Shown: positions 46,401 through 55,752 of the stretch, one piece after another
Numbering within the stretch: the stretch's first letter is position 1
Layout of the letters: the number at the start of each line of letters is the position of its first letter
Source: Burkholderia sp.
GTDB lineage: Bacteria; Pseudomonadota; Gammaproteobacteria; Burkholderiales; Burkholderiaceae
Direction: 5' to 3'
DNA length: 64,000 nucleotides
Assembly (NCBI GenBank): GCA_032470195.1
Contig: JAVHYX010000002.1
Location: 263,625-327,624 of the forward strand
The notes under the pieces: model-generated
Database searches by the model: none
Told to the model about the DNA's origin: nothing
Seen by the model: only the letters and a program-made list of their open reading frames with translations
Translations under genes and position numbers: made by a program

Positions 46401-46972
46401 TGCGTACAAAGATGACTCAACGCGGTAAGATGCTCATCGCCTTACTCGATGATGGAACAGGTCAGTGCGAAATTTCTGTATTCAATGAACAGTTTGAAGC
46501 AAACAGGGCGCTTTTCAAAGAGGATGAACTGCTCATTATAAAAGGATATGGACGCAGAGATCCATTTAATAACCGTCTTCGTTTTACAGCTGATTTTGTA
46601 ATGGATCTCGAGCGTGCGCGTAGCTTCTATGCACGGGCGGTACAGCTAACTATTAATACAAATACTGCAGATACAGAAAAATTGCGATGTGTACTTAAGT
46701 CACACCTAGCTAAGAATATACAACAGATAGAAGTGGTAGATAAAGGTACAACTACTATTGACCTGAGAACAAAAAACCGTATCCCATACAAAAGCCAACG
46801 ACGTATATCATCCTTAACCCAAATTGGGCTAAGCGTACAAATTCTATACAGAACTCAACATGTACAGGCCCAAATACATCTTGGTGATGCTTGGCGAGTT
46901 AATCCAAGTGATATGTTTCTACAAGAGTTACGAACTACGTTCAAAGGAAGCATAGTTGAAATTGAATATTGA
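43415..46972 (+). CDS. dnaE: DNA polymerase III alpha subunit
   Basis: PHP domain HLRTHSEFS; motifs GPGRGSGAGS, PDFDIDF, KFDFLGL and GFNKSHA; OB fold. Confidence 0.99.
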   Translation: MPDPRFIHLRTHSEFSIADGIVRLDDIIKTAGEDNQVALALTDLSNVFGLVRFYTKACLSGIKPIAGCDVWIKNSDDRNRPSRLLLLVKDKIGYLNLCKLLSKAWLTNQYCGRAELNSQWLETELAEGLIALSGAQYGDIGLAFSDGNEEGAYKHARRWSACFPGRFYIELQRYGQSGAEVYIQHALSLAMSLRLPVVATHPTQFMNKEDFTAHEVRVCISEGDILANPKRQNNFTTNQFFHTQEQMVSLFIDLPSAIANTIEIAKRCNLILELGKPRLPIFPTPDGVSLEDYLVKLSKDGLDKRLEQLYLDKTERNIKRSTYYKRLDFECKTITNMGFPSYFLIVGDFINWAKKNNIPVGPGRGSGAGSLVAFALGITDLDPLRYNLLFERFLNPERVSMPDFDIDFCQNGRDRVIQYVKEKYGASSVSQIVTFGTMAAKASVRDVGRVLDLGYMFTDSLAKLIPFKPGKHITIAEAMKEEPLLQERYNNEDEVRQLLDLAQRVEGLARNVGMHAGGMLIAPGKLTDFCPLYVQGDNSAVVSQYDKNDVEAVGLVKFDFLGLTTLTILNLTKHYISMLDSEKKDWSLEHVPLNDQTSFNLLKKANTVAVFQLESRGMKEMLKDAKPDRFEDIIALVSLYRPGPIDLIPTFCARKHGREKIDYPDPRVESVLKETYGIMVYQEQVMQMAQIIAGYSLGSADLLRRAMGKKKPEEMAKHREFFRDGAAKNGLTSDKANEIFDLMEKFAGYGFNKSHATAYAMLAYYTAWMKANYLAEFMAANMTLAISDTDKIKILFNDCIENGLTVLQPDINESHYGFLPVAQEDTKRSNTIRYGLGALKGSGQNAIEEIIRARNEKLFSDMFDFCRRIDRRIVNRRMVEVLVRAGAFDSVCTNRARLLETVPLAIRAADQAEINSMQALLFDDSTEFEHKQESVTYETVWDEKKRLREEKGALGFYLSRHLFDTYRMEVRRFASESLSELKEGKDKLIAGVITSMRTKMTQRGKMLIALLDDGTGQCEISVFNEQFEANRALFKEDELLIIKGYGRRDPFNNRLRFTADFVMDLERARSFYARAVQLTINTNTADTEKLRCVLKSHLAKNIQQIEVVDKGTTTIDLRTKNRIPYKSQRRISSLTQIGLSVQILYRTQHVQAQIHLGDAWRVNPSDMFLQELRTTFKGSIVEIEY

Positions 46973-47449
46973 TTATTTAATTATATTGGCCCGACTAATA
47001 ATAACGTTGGATTATAATCTATAAATTGTTTGCTAGTGAGTTAGTATTAACTAGGCATATAATCGAAATCGATTTAACTTTAAGAGTAAAATAAGAATAT
47101 CTTCGTCGAAGACGATCTTCAGAGAATAGAGAGTTTTCAAGGTTACTATTTATAATACGTTCGAAAACGATAATATAGTCTACATATGATAAGCTTAAGA
47201 TATGACAACCTGCTCAAGGTTGGAATGATAATGAAAAACATTGTAATACAAGTATATAGTATTAGGACTTGAGGGTCGAAATTACAAAATTACAAATATG
47301 TATAAAAAATACTAATATCTGATATAGATCATCGTATTTTTATCATTATTTTTCAAAAAGTTATTAGAAGTAAAGGCAAGAATATACAACACATCATTAG
47401 TATCTACTACTCTATACATAATAGATCTTTTATTTCTGCACGAATTAAC

Positions 47450-48420
47450 TCAAGAATTAATAGTGTATCTTCTATCAAGATAAGTCTTACATCTAAGAAA
47501 GATCTGCTTTGGAAATTAAGGGTATACCCTCTATAACAGTATAAGTACGCTATATTCAAAAATTCTTAATCCTTTACTGGACTATGTAGACTTATTTTAG
47601 TAGATAGCTATTAAGTAAAAGTATATTTTATTCTTTGTGATAGTCTTTAGCTCGTATCGAATTATTTACTAAACTACATATATAAACTAGCTTTTATTTC
47701 AGTTAGGCTTAGAATGTTTAATTGGGATAATTTATGCTTGCTCATCATTTTTCCATCGAATAAATATAAGTACACTATCAATTCAATATTATATTTGAGA
47801 TCGGTCAGATTCTATCTAACTTGACTGATACAATATTTATATTCCTTTTGTGATTTATTAGCTCGCTATTATAGCTTTCCCCTCTACCTGTTCTATTTGA
47901 ACTAGTATATAGAATTTATTGTCTTGATGATTATATATGTTACTATATATTGGTCCTTAATCATTAGTAAGATTAATCATCTACTACGCGATATAAGCGG
48001 TGATTACTAGGTATTAAAGAATAGGTTTATTATCCTGTCGTTGAAAAAGATAGTTAGCAACCATAACGTATGACATTAGACTCTTCATGGAGATAATTAA
48101 AAATCTATGTAGATACACGATTCAGAATCGTATTTAGTCTGGGCTCTTACATAGCCTAACTTATATATTCTTACTTCGATAGTACTCGAGATTGTAATCA
48201 CAGACACTGTCCTAGAATCTCTAAAAGACAAAAACTACGATGATTAATAGCCTTGTGATGTTTATCATACGTCAGTTGATATTTATAATTTCACCGATCA
48301 AACATCTAATTGATATGAATCAGATATTATAATGTTCGACGGTTAGCTGATAAAAATAATTTTTAGACTGATCGCGTTCGACAAAGCCAATCGAGTAAAA
48401 AGAAATGTCATAGATTAGTT
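47450..48420 (+). pseudogene. msbA: Lipid A flippase MsbA pseudogene (membrane domain decayed, ATPase domain not found)
   Basis: Ordered fragments across frames: ILNPLLD, RLRMFN, FFHR, INSI.FEIGQILSNLT, YLFYLN* (47885-47905), SKINHLLR and ISPIKHLIDMNQ (from 48288). Located downstream of dnaE as recalled for Burkholderia. Confidence 0.88.
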
Positions 48421-48560
48421 TTAAGAGCATCGTACACATATATATTTATATAAAACAAGATTATTAGATCGAAGTTCGATTACGGAACTTCATATTCAAT
48501 TGTATGAATATTTAATCCTCTTTTAAACTTCATATATTTTTAATCGCTAATTAACTAATG

Positions 48561-49817
48561 TCAGATTTGTTTTTTCATTTTAGTTTCCGGCATTGCAAAC
48601 CACACAAGTAGTGTCCCACATATACCAATTATCCCAAGTCCCAAAAAACTAATTGATATATCGAAGCGTTCAGCAACAAAGCCTGCTATCGCTGTGCTGA
48701 GCATCGCGCCGATACCAGATGAAAGTCCGAATAGGCCTATACACAGGTTGTAACGACCTTTTCTGCCAGTGACATCTGCAGCGACTAATGGAAGCATAAC
48801 ACTTAATACGACAGTGCTAATTCCATCAAGCGCTTGAATTAGAACAAGAAAATATGGACTACTTACTTTCGAAAATAGTAATGCACGCACTGGAAGCGCG
48901 AAGAAGCCAAGTATCAATATTGGCCGGCGACCCCAGCGTCGTGCAGAGTACCCAACCCACGTCGATAACAACGCGACAACAGCTTGTGGCACAGCGACGC
49001 ATGCAGCAATCACAAGCTGTATGTTTTCGCTCATTTTGTCTGTCACTTCACCAGCTATAAGATTGAGCATTGCTGTATTTGAAAAGTGAAATAACATAAT
49101 ACATCCAGAGAAGGTCAGAATCCGCTTATCAACTATTAGTTCCAGCAGAGTTTCTTTATTTTTTTTATCTTCGCTTCTCAAATCAGAGCAGTAGAATATA
49201 TCATATATTCTTGTAGAAGCGGGCGCTATTGTATATGTTGGTTGAATTATAGATAACGCCACTAATGCAGGCAGCGCGAGCGAGGCAATCAGCCAGAATA
49301 CAGCACGAATAGAGAAATATTCACCGCATAAACCTATCAAACCTGAAGCAATAACGCTCCCGATTGATGCCCAGCGTGCGTTTTGGCTAAGTCGTTCACC
49401 AAGTTGGGTATAACCAACAAGAGAAAATGAGAGTGTAGATATTGCTGGCAATAGCATGCAACTTGCAAATCCATAGAATATTTCGGCTATAATTATAAAT
49501 ACAGTCTTCTGACTCAAAGAAAATAGAAGAACAGATAGAATAATTGTAGAAATTGCGCAGGCAGCAGCACTTTTCTTATTTTTTATTGAATCAAGTATAG
49601 CCCCGCCTGGGAGCTGGATTATCATCGCGCTGATTGTGCCTATCGATAGTACTATGCCTATCTCACCCTGTGTCCACTTGTATGTAGCGAGATATGATGT
49701 AATAAACGGGGTTAAACCGGTTTGGAAATTTGCGATGAAAAAATTGAGCCAGTCGAGAGCTTTGAGACTACGCTTACTGACAGGCTGCATAGTCATAGCG
49801 TGGTTCTTATCGACCAT
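48561..49817 (-). CDS. Major facilitator superfamily transporter
   Basis: About 12 hydrophobic segments; motifs LDWLNFFIAN.QTG, GYSARRWGRRP (motif-A-like) and VAADVTGRKGRYN. Confidence 0.92.
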   Translation of the reverse strand: MVDKNHAMTMQPVSKRSLKALDWLNFFIANFQTGLTPFITSYLATYKWTQGEIGIVLSIGTISAMIIQLPGGAILDSIKNKKSAAACAISTIILSVLLFSLSQKTVFIIIAEIFYGFASCMLLPAISTLSFSLVGYTQLGERLSQNARWASIGSVIASGLIGLCGEYFSIRAVFWLIASLALPALVALSIIQPTYTIAPASTRIYDIFYCSDLRSEDKKNKETLLELIVDKRILTFSGCIMLFHFSNTAMLNLIAGEVTDKMSENIQLVIAACVAVPQAVVALLSTWVGYSARRWGRRPILILGFFALPVRALLFSKVSSPYFLVLIQALDGISTVVLSVMLPLVAADVTGRKGRYNLCIGLFGLSSGIGAMLSTAIAGFVAERFDISISFLGLGIIGICGTLLVWFAMPETKMKKQI

Positions 49818-50874
49818 ACAGTAAGTAGGAGTAGTAGAAATAGGATCCTTAATAGGACGGGATATAGAAGGTATAGCGCGATAGACAAGTAAGGAAAAGG
49901 AAATTCAATCCGTCTGCATTGTCTTAATAAGCCGTGAAGAAGTATTAAGTTTCTCTATTCCTTTGCGTTAAACTACTGCGCAGATCTAATAAGACAGTAT
50001 GTCAACGAAGGATATATTTTCATATTGTTGTTCTCAACAGCTCTATCACACGTAGAAATAATAACGTTAAATACTACGTATCAGACAATTCAGATAATAA
50101 TAAAAACTTTAGTCGATCAGCAGTCGACATATCTTTGATCTAAAAATCAATAATTTTTTGTTAATCCCCTCCTAGAGGTAGGAGGTTTGAAATATAGATA
50201 GACGTCTGAAGTACTATTATGATACAGACAGAGATAATTCTTTTTTTCTAATAGGGTCAAATATTTTAAGTAAAATTTAGAGAAATCATCGATTTGTTTG
50301 ATATTTTCTCCTTATAGTTAATATAAGATGGAACATCCATCATGAAAAATTTTACAATACATCTATTTATAATAAGGTAAGGAAAAGCAACTAAATCAGA
50401 AGATGAACTGTATAAAATTTACGAGTAATGAAACTAGAACTAGAATTTGGTATTCCAAGAGTGTATTATACACTATAATATAACTCAACTTTTCTGTTGT
50501 TATAATAAGAGGCTATACGAAGACGAAGAAATTGAGAATTCCGTATCAGGAATTAGTTATTATATTAATAATTAATAAAATAATTGATTTCTTAGATTAG
50601 AGTAATATACTCCAAGTAGCTCAATGTTATGAGTTAAAAAATTTTTTAAAAAAAATTTATATAAGTAATTGTGTTTATATTATTCTCGTTACTTTAAAAT
50701 ATTCTTTTATTTAAAAAGGCTGAGTTAAAGGGGAATCATAAATTTAATTTTCCTATCATATAATTGATGATAATTCTCTGAATATAGATGATAAGTTCGT
50801 TGAACTATTCCGAATAGTTTCATCATTAAAACAAGATCATAAAGATCTTCCTCTTTTTCGAAGGAAATCCTTAA

Positions 50875-51966
50875 ATGAATAAAACTATTATCCTTGCAGC
50901 TGCTGCAGCAGCATTTACTACTGCAGCTTATGCACAAGATATGCAAAATGCAAAAAGCAGTCTTGCCTTATATGGAATTCTCGATACTGCTGTTACTTAC
51001 AGAACCAATATCAATAATAATCAGGAATGGGTGATCCGTAGTGGTATTACCCAGAGTAATTTTGGATTACGCGGCGTAGAAAATATAGGCAATGGCTTAA
51101 AGGCAATATTTCTCTTGGAAAGCGGATTAAATATTTCTAATGGGAAGGTTGATGATACTAATCACTCCTCATTTAATCGTGAAGCATATGTTGGTTTATC
51201 AAGCAATGCTGGAACATTATTAGTAGGTCGTCAGCACGGTTCAATACAAGATTATCTATCGCCTATTTCATCAACAGGAAGCTGGGGTGGAATGCACTTT
51301 TCACATATAAAAAATAGAGATTTTCTTTTTAAGAGCGCTAGCATCTTATTAGATAACACTGTAAAATTTACAAGTCGTGATTATAGTGGATTGAGATTCG
51401 GCGCTACATATTCTTTCCCTAATAGAGAATCTGAGAAAAAAACTTCATACAGTGCCGGCGTTTCTTACCAATGTCAAGATCTACGTCTTGCCGCTTCATA
51501 TATAAAACTAGATAGAAAAGAAGATAAAGATAATAGTGCTCTTAATGGTTACATCTATGGTGTAGGTACAACCTATAATCTGGGCATAGGAAGGATCGGT
51601 GCTTTATGGACACAATCTTTTAAAGACTTACCTAACAATTCTCTAGGATATAAACGTTTAGATACCTATGAAGTTAATGCACGGTATAATCTGTCTCCAG
51701 ATCTTGCTGTCAGTGCGAGTTATAGCTATATGCATTTGACGAGAGAAAAAGGTAATAATCCTTCATCTTGGAACCAAGTTGGTGTACAAACTGATTATAT
51801 GCTGTCTAAACGTACTGGATTATACGCTCAGGTACAGTACCAGAATTTAAATAAAGAATCAAAAAGTACATCTTTCATTTACGAAGACTATGATGGTTTA
51901 TCAAAAATTGAAGGAATGAATAAGAATAATTTCTTAGCAGCATTTGGTATACGTCATAGTTTTTAA
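50875..51966 (+). CDS. Gram-negative trimeric porin (Burkholderia OpcP/Omp38-like)
   Basis: Signal peptide MNKTIILAAAAAAFTTAAYA; motifs LYGILD, FGLRGVE, FNREAYVGL and DYMLSKRT; C-terminal GIRHSF. Confidence 0.93.
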   Translation: MNKTIILAAAAAAFTTAAYAQDMQNAKSSLALYGILDTAVTYRTNINNNQEWVIRSGITQSNFGLRGVENIGNGLKAIFLLESGLNISNGKVDDTNHSSFNREAYVGLSSNAGTLLVGRQHGSIQDYLSPISSTGSWGGMHFSHIKNRDFLFKSASILLDNTVKFTSRDYSGLRFGATYSFPNRESEKKTSYSAGVSYQCQDLRLAASYIKLDRKEDKDNSALNGYIYGVGTTYNLGIGRIGALWTQSFKDLPNNSLGYKRLDTYEVNARYNLSPDLAVSASYSYMHLTREKGNNPSSWNQVGVQTDYMLSKRTGLYAQVQYQNLNKESKSTSFIYEDYDGLSKIEGMNKNNFLAAFGIRHSF

Positions 51967-52224
51967 GAGATTTTTATTTGGTTCGTTTACATGAGGATTA
52001 AGCTACCAGTTAACCCATATTAACCTCCTTTAAACATGCTAAAAGTTTGTATGGTCGGTTGCTTTTTCCTCTATCAATGATTTTTCTATTGAGTAGTAAT
52101 AGGATATTATGAATATATAGCGGAAATTAATTAGCCTTCAACGATAATTAGTTTGTCGGCATAAGATACAATCATCGACCAGTTAGGTCGCGTCCATTTA
52201 CTTAATTTTTTGTTTGGTTTTATA

Positions 52225-52869
52225 ATGTCTTCGCGCTTTCGATTGCTGCACGCAGACGCAGACACAATCCCAGTTGACAAGTCTGTTGCATTTGTTGCAA
52301 CAGCAAATCTACCTACGCGATACGGACAATTTTCTTCTCATGCATTTCGCATGTCTAATAATAATGAAGAACATCTTGCTCTTGTTATCGGTGATGTGAC
52401 TGGTGGGTCTCCTGTGCTTACACGCCTGCATTCTGAATGTCTTACAGGTGATGTATTTGGTTCTTATAGATGTGATTGTGGCGAGCAGCTTGATCTTGCT
52501 CTACGTTATATTTCGAAAGAAAAACGTGGTATACTTCTATATCTTCGCGGTCATGAGGGTCGTGGAATCGGGCTAACTAATAAGATTTCAGCTTATGCAT
52601 TTCAGGAACAGGGACGTGATACTGTTGAAGCAAATCTTGATCTTGGTTTACCTGACGATGCACGTGAATACAGTTCAGCTGCCTTAATACTGAAACAGCT
52701 TGGTGTAACATCTGTTCGGCTAATGAGTAATAATCCTAAAAAGTTTGATGCTCTTGAGCAGTATGGTATTTCAGTGTCTGAACGAGTTACATTATCCGTA
52801 CCAGTCAGGGAGGAAAATAAGCGATATATTAAGACCAAACAGCTGAAATTTGGTCATTATGATGTTTAA
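52225..52869 (+). CDS. ribA: GTP cyclohydrolase II
   Basis: Motifs [23 protein letters not shown] (Zn ligands), EGRGIGL and [12 protein letters not shown] at 52225. Confidence 0.97.
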   Translation: MSSRFRLLHADADTIPVDKSVAFVATANLPTRYGQFSSHAFRMSNNNEEHLALVIGDVTGGSPVLTRLHSECLTGDVFGSYRCDCGEQLDLALRYISKEKRGILLYLRGHEGRGIGLTNKISAYAFQEQGRDTVEANLDLGLPDDAREYSSAALILKQLGVTSVRLMSNNPKKFDALEQYGISVSERVTLSVPVREENKRYIKTKQLKFGHYDV

Positions 52870-52900
52870 AAAATTAGAAAGAAAATTTAACTAAATTAGA

Positions 52901-53686
52901 TTAGTTTAGATTTCGATTTAATGATAAACCATAAGCTATACCAGATAAGATTGAAATCCAAAAACTTGTAGGCCAGTCTGTATAATATGCGAGAGTAATT
53001 CCTGTCCATGCTTCACCTAACGCAAGTAGTGCAGAAAAAGTTATTCCTGTTGATATTATCTTTGTAATGTTCTGTGCGGCTGCGGCAGGGCCAACAAGCA
53101 ATGTAAATACGAGTAATATGCCTACGATATGCGCGCTTGCAGTAACTGCAAGCGCGCATATCGAAAGGAATATTATAGAAGTTACACGTAATGATATTCC
53201 TTTAGCCTCTGCTACCTCTGGTTGTAATGAGACAAAGAGCAGTGGGCGTGCTATTGCAGCAAGCGCGATAGTACTAACTGCGCTGATTATCGCAAGTATG
53301 CTAAGCGTTTCTCGACTGACTGCAAGTATATTACCGAATAGTAATGTCGCAATTTGTGTTGCAAATGACATATGAAAATGCAAAAAAAGCAATCCAATAC
53401 CAAGCGAAATAGATAGAATAAGACCAATTGCAACGTCACGCCCAGTAAATTTTTCGCCAAGTATACCTATCTCAATCCCAGCCAAGAGTGTGAAGGTAAC
53501 CATTCCCCAAATTGGTGATATACCGAATAATGCTGCACCTGTAGCGCCTGTGAATCCAACGTGAGATAGTGCATGACCTGCAAATGTTTGTTCACGTAAT
53601 ACAAGAAAATAACCAACAATACCAGCAAGAACTGAAACGATTGCTGATGCTATAAAAGCATTGATCATGAATTCATATTTAAACAT
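52901..53686 (-). CDS. Zn/Mn ABC transporter permease (ZnuB-like)
   Basis: Motifs FAGHALSHVGFTG, LLFGNIL and VGILLVFTLLVGP. Confidence 0.93.
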   Translation of the reverse strand: MFKYEFMINAFIASAIVSVLAGIVGYFLVLREQTFAGHALSHVGFTGATGAALFGISPIWGMVTFTLLAGIEIGILGEKFTGRDVAIGLILSISLGIGLLFLHFHMSFATQIATLLFGNILAVSRETLSILAIISAVSTIALAAIARPLLFVSLQPEVAEAKGISLRVTSIIFLSICALAVTASAHIVGILLVFTLLVGPAAAAQNITKIISTGITFSALLALGEAWTGITLAYYTDWPTSFWISILSGIAYGLSLNRNLN

Positions 53687-53746
53687 TACTTTACGCCTGT
53701 TGTTATTATAGGAGGTTTGAGAAAAAGCATTGAGGCTTAAAGAGAT

Positions 53747-54592
53747 TCAATGTTTATTGAAACTTGTATCACAACTATCTTCGTGTCTGTGATCACGCTT
53801 TTCAAGCTCAACATTTCCTGACATTACAAAAACCCTACCGTTTACACGTATAACATCAATAGGCGTTCCATATAGCTTGGAAAGAATTTTATTTGTAATA
53901 ACTTCGTCAACAGTACCTAGTACTGCAGTACCGTTTCCAAGATATAAAATACGGTCAAGCACATTTAGAAGTGGATTTAGTTCATGTGCAGAGAATAGAA
54001 CAGTAATTGAAAGTTCACGTTGTAGTCGTCGTATGAGGTCAATAATGATACACTGATAGCTTGGATCAAGACTGATTAAAGGTTCATCAAGTAATAATAT
54101 ACTTGGTTCTCCGAGCAGACATTGTGCAAGTAATAGACGTTGACTTTCTCCGCCAGAAAGTTCTGATAATGATCGATGTGCAAGCTGTGTAGCGCCAACG
54201 AGGTTAAGTACTCGATCTATATCAGTACGCGTTTCTATGCCATTATATGGCGGCCCCCATCTATTTCCATTAGCTGCTATTGCAATGAAGTCATATCCAC
54301 ATATACGACGAGCTGCAATCGTATTTCGGATTTGAGGCATATAACCAATAGACGGATTTCCACGAGCAACATGCTTGCCTAAGACTTGTAATGTCCCAGA
54401 TGATATTGGAACGAGTCCCAGGATAGCTCGCATCAATGTTGTCTTACCCGATCCGTTTGGTCCGAGTACACCAACGAATTCACCTGGCTCTATTTCAAAT
54501 GTAGCATCACGTAGGATTGTTCGATTGCTAAGTTCAAGAGTAACGAGATCAAGTTTAATAACTGGAGGCAATTTATATATTGTTGAGTTCAT
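53747..54592 (-). CDS. Zn/Mn ABC transporter ATP-binding protein (ZnuC-like)
   Basis: Motifs GPNGSGKT, IGYMPQ, LSGGE, LLDEP and SAHEL. Confidence 0.94.
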   Translation of the reverse strand: MNSTIYKLPPVIKLDLVTLELSNRTILRDATFEIEPGEFVGVLGPNGSGKTTLMRAILGLVPISSGTLQVLGKHVARGNPSIGYMPQIRNTIAARRICGYDFIAIAANGNRWGPPYNGIETRTDIDRVLNLVGATQLAHRSLSELSGGESQRLLLAQCLLGEPSILLLDEPLISLDPSYQCIIIDLIRRLQRELSITVLFSAHELNPLLNVLDRILYLGNGTAVLGTVDEVITNKILSKLYGTPIDVIRVNGRVFVMSGNVELEKRDHRHEDSCDTSFNKH

Positions 54593-54630
54593 AAGTTTTA
54601 GCTCTTAATCTATTGTACTGACAACAGTCT

Positions 54631-55617
54631 TTAGTTAGACGAATTATCAAGAGCGCGCTCAATAGCTTCAAGTTGTGATAATTGCCATTGTTGAAATGTC
54701 TTATCCGATGGCTGCGTCTCAGTGACACCAATTATTGGTATATGTGCATCGCGAGCAATATTTAACATCTGCTTTGTCATTGGCTCTTCAGTTTGTCTAT
54801 TATAGATTAGAGCTCGTACCTGATGATTTCGCAGATTATTTTCAAAAGCAGCAATATCAGCTGCACTAGCTTCAGCACTATTCATAGTAGCAATTTGAAA
54901 GTGCTTGTTATGCATTTCAAGGCAGAGCGCATCGACTAAGTAACCGGCTATAGGCTCAGTAGCGGTTATCGGCTGACCATGATATTTTGCACGTATCGCA
55001 GAGATTTTTTCTAAGAATGGTTTTAATGATTCAATGAATTGCATAAGATTCGCATCGAATTCTACCTTATGCGCTGGATCTATACGGCTAAGTTCTGAAT
55101 TGAACGCACGAGCAATAATTGGCATTGTTTCTGGTTTATACCATAGATGTGGATTGTCTCCTATTTTTTTGCCGACAAGATTAGCAACAACAAGTACTGT
55201 ACGCTTTGGTTGCTTTGATGCTGATAATAAACGTGATATCCACGGATCGTAGTTGGCGCCATTATAAATGACAATCTGTGCATCATGTAATATTCTGGCG
55301 ATCTTTGGGCTTGCTTCGAATAAATGCGGATCCTGACTTGGATTATTAATAATACTTGTAACTGCAATATGTTTACCACCAATTTGCTTTGCTAAGTCAC
55401 CATAGAAATTCTCGGCTGCAACGATATTAACTGGCATAGAAAATGTATGCCAGGAAAATAATAGAAAGGTTAAATGAATAAATATTCTAATCCATAAAAG
55501 AATGGATGAGTAAGACGATAAACGATGTAGCCATATTTTATTACAGAAAATAAATTTATAGCTGGATTTGGAAAAAATTCTGTTATATAGAGAAAGTTGA
55601 GATAGACCAATAGGCAT
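54631..55617 (-). CDS. Zn/Mn ABC transporter substrate-binding protein (ZnuA/TroA-like)
   Basis: Motifs AAENFYG, QDPHLFE, YNGANYD and DNPHLWY. The N-terminus is long and the start is uncertain. Confidence 0.93.
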   Translation of the reverse strand: MPIGLSQLSLYNRIFSKSSYKFIFCNKIWLHRLSSYSSILLWIRIFIHLTFLLFSWHTFSMPVNIVAAENFYGDLAKQIGGKHIAVTSIINNPSQDPHLFEASPKIARILHDAQIVIYNGANYDPWISRLLSASKQPKRTVLVVANLVGKKIGDNPHLWYKPETMPIIARAFNSELSRIDPAHKVEFDANLMQFIESLKPFLEKISAIRAKYHGQPITATEPIAGYLVDALCLEMHNKHFQIATMNSAEASAADIAAFENNLRNHQVRALIYNRQTEEPMTKQMLNIARDAHIPIIGVTETQPSDKTFQQWQLSQLEAIERALDNSSN

Positions 55618-55752
55618 AGATATTCTCTATATGATCATTTTTATAAAAAATGATAATAGCAAAAGTGGTTTACAATGTTTTTCTAAACTATTCTTATAAC
55701 ATATCATCGATATGTATTCTAAATAGAATCGATCAAATAAAAATGTTGTTGA

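Noticed and set aside
46973-47450. Short alternative hairpins and a possible glycosyltransferase remnant after dnaE
   Set aside because: Stems are only 5-6 bp and no protein motif was recognised.
49818-50160. Remnant of the gene normally upstream of the MFS transporter
   Set aside because: The DNA looks coding-derived, but matches to any recalled protein were too weak.
55681-55720. Zur box upstream of the metal ABC operon
   Set aside because: Only a TATAACATATC half-site is present and the other half does not match.
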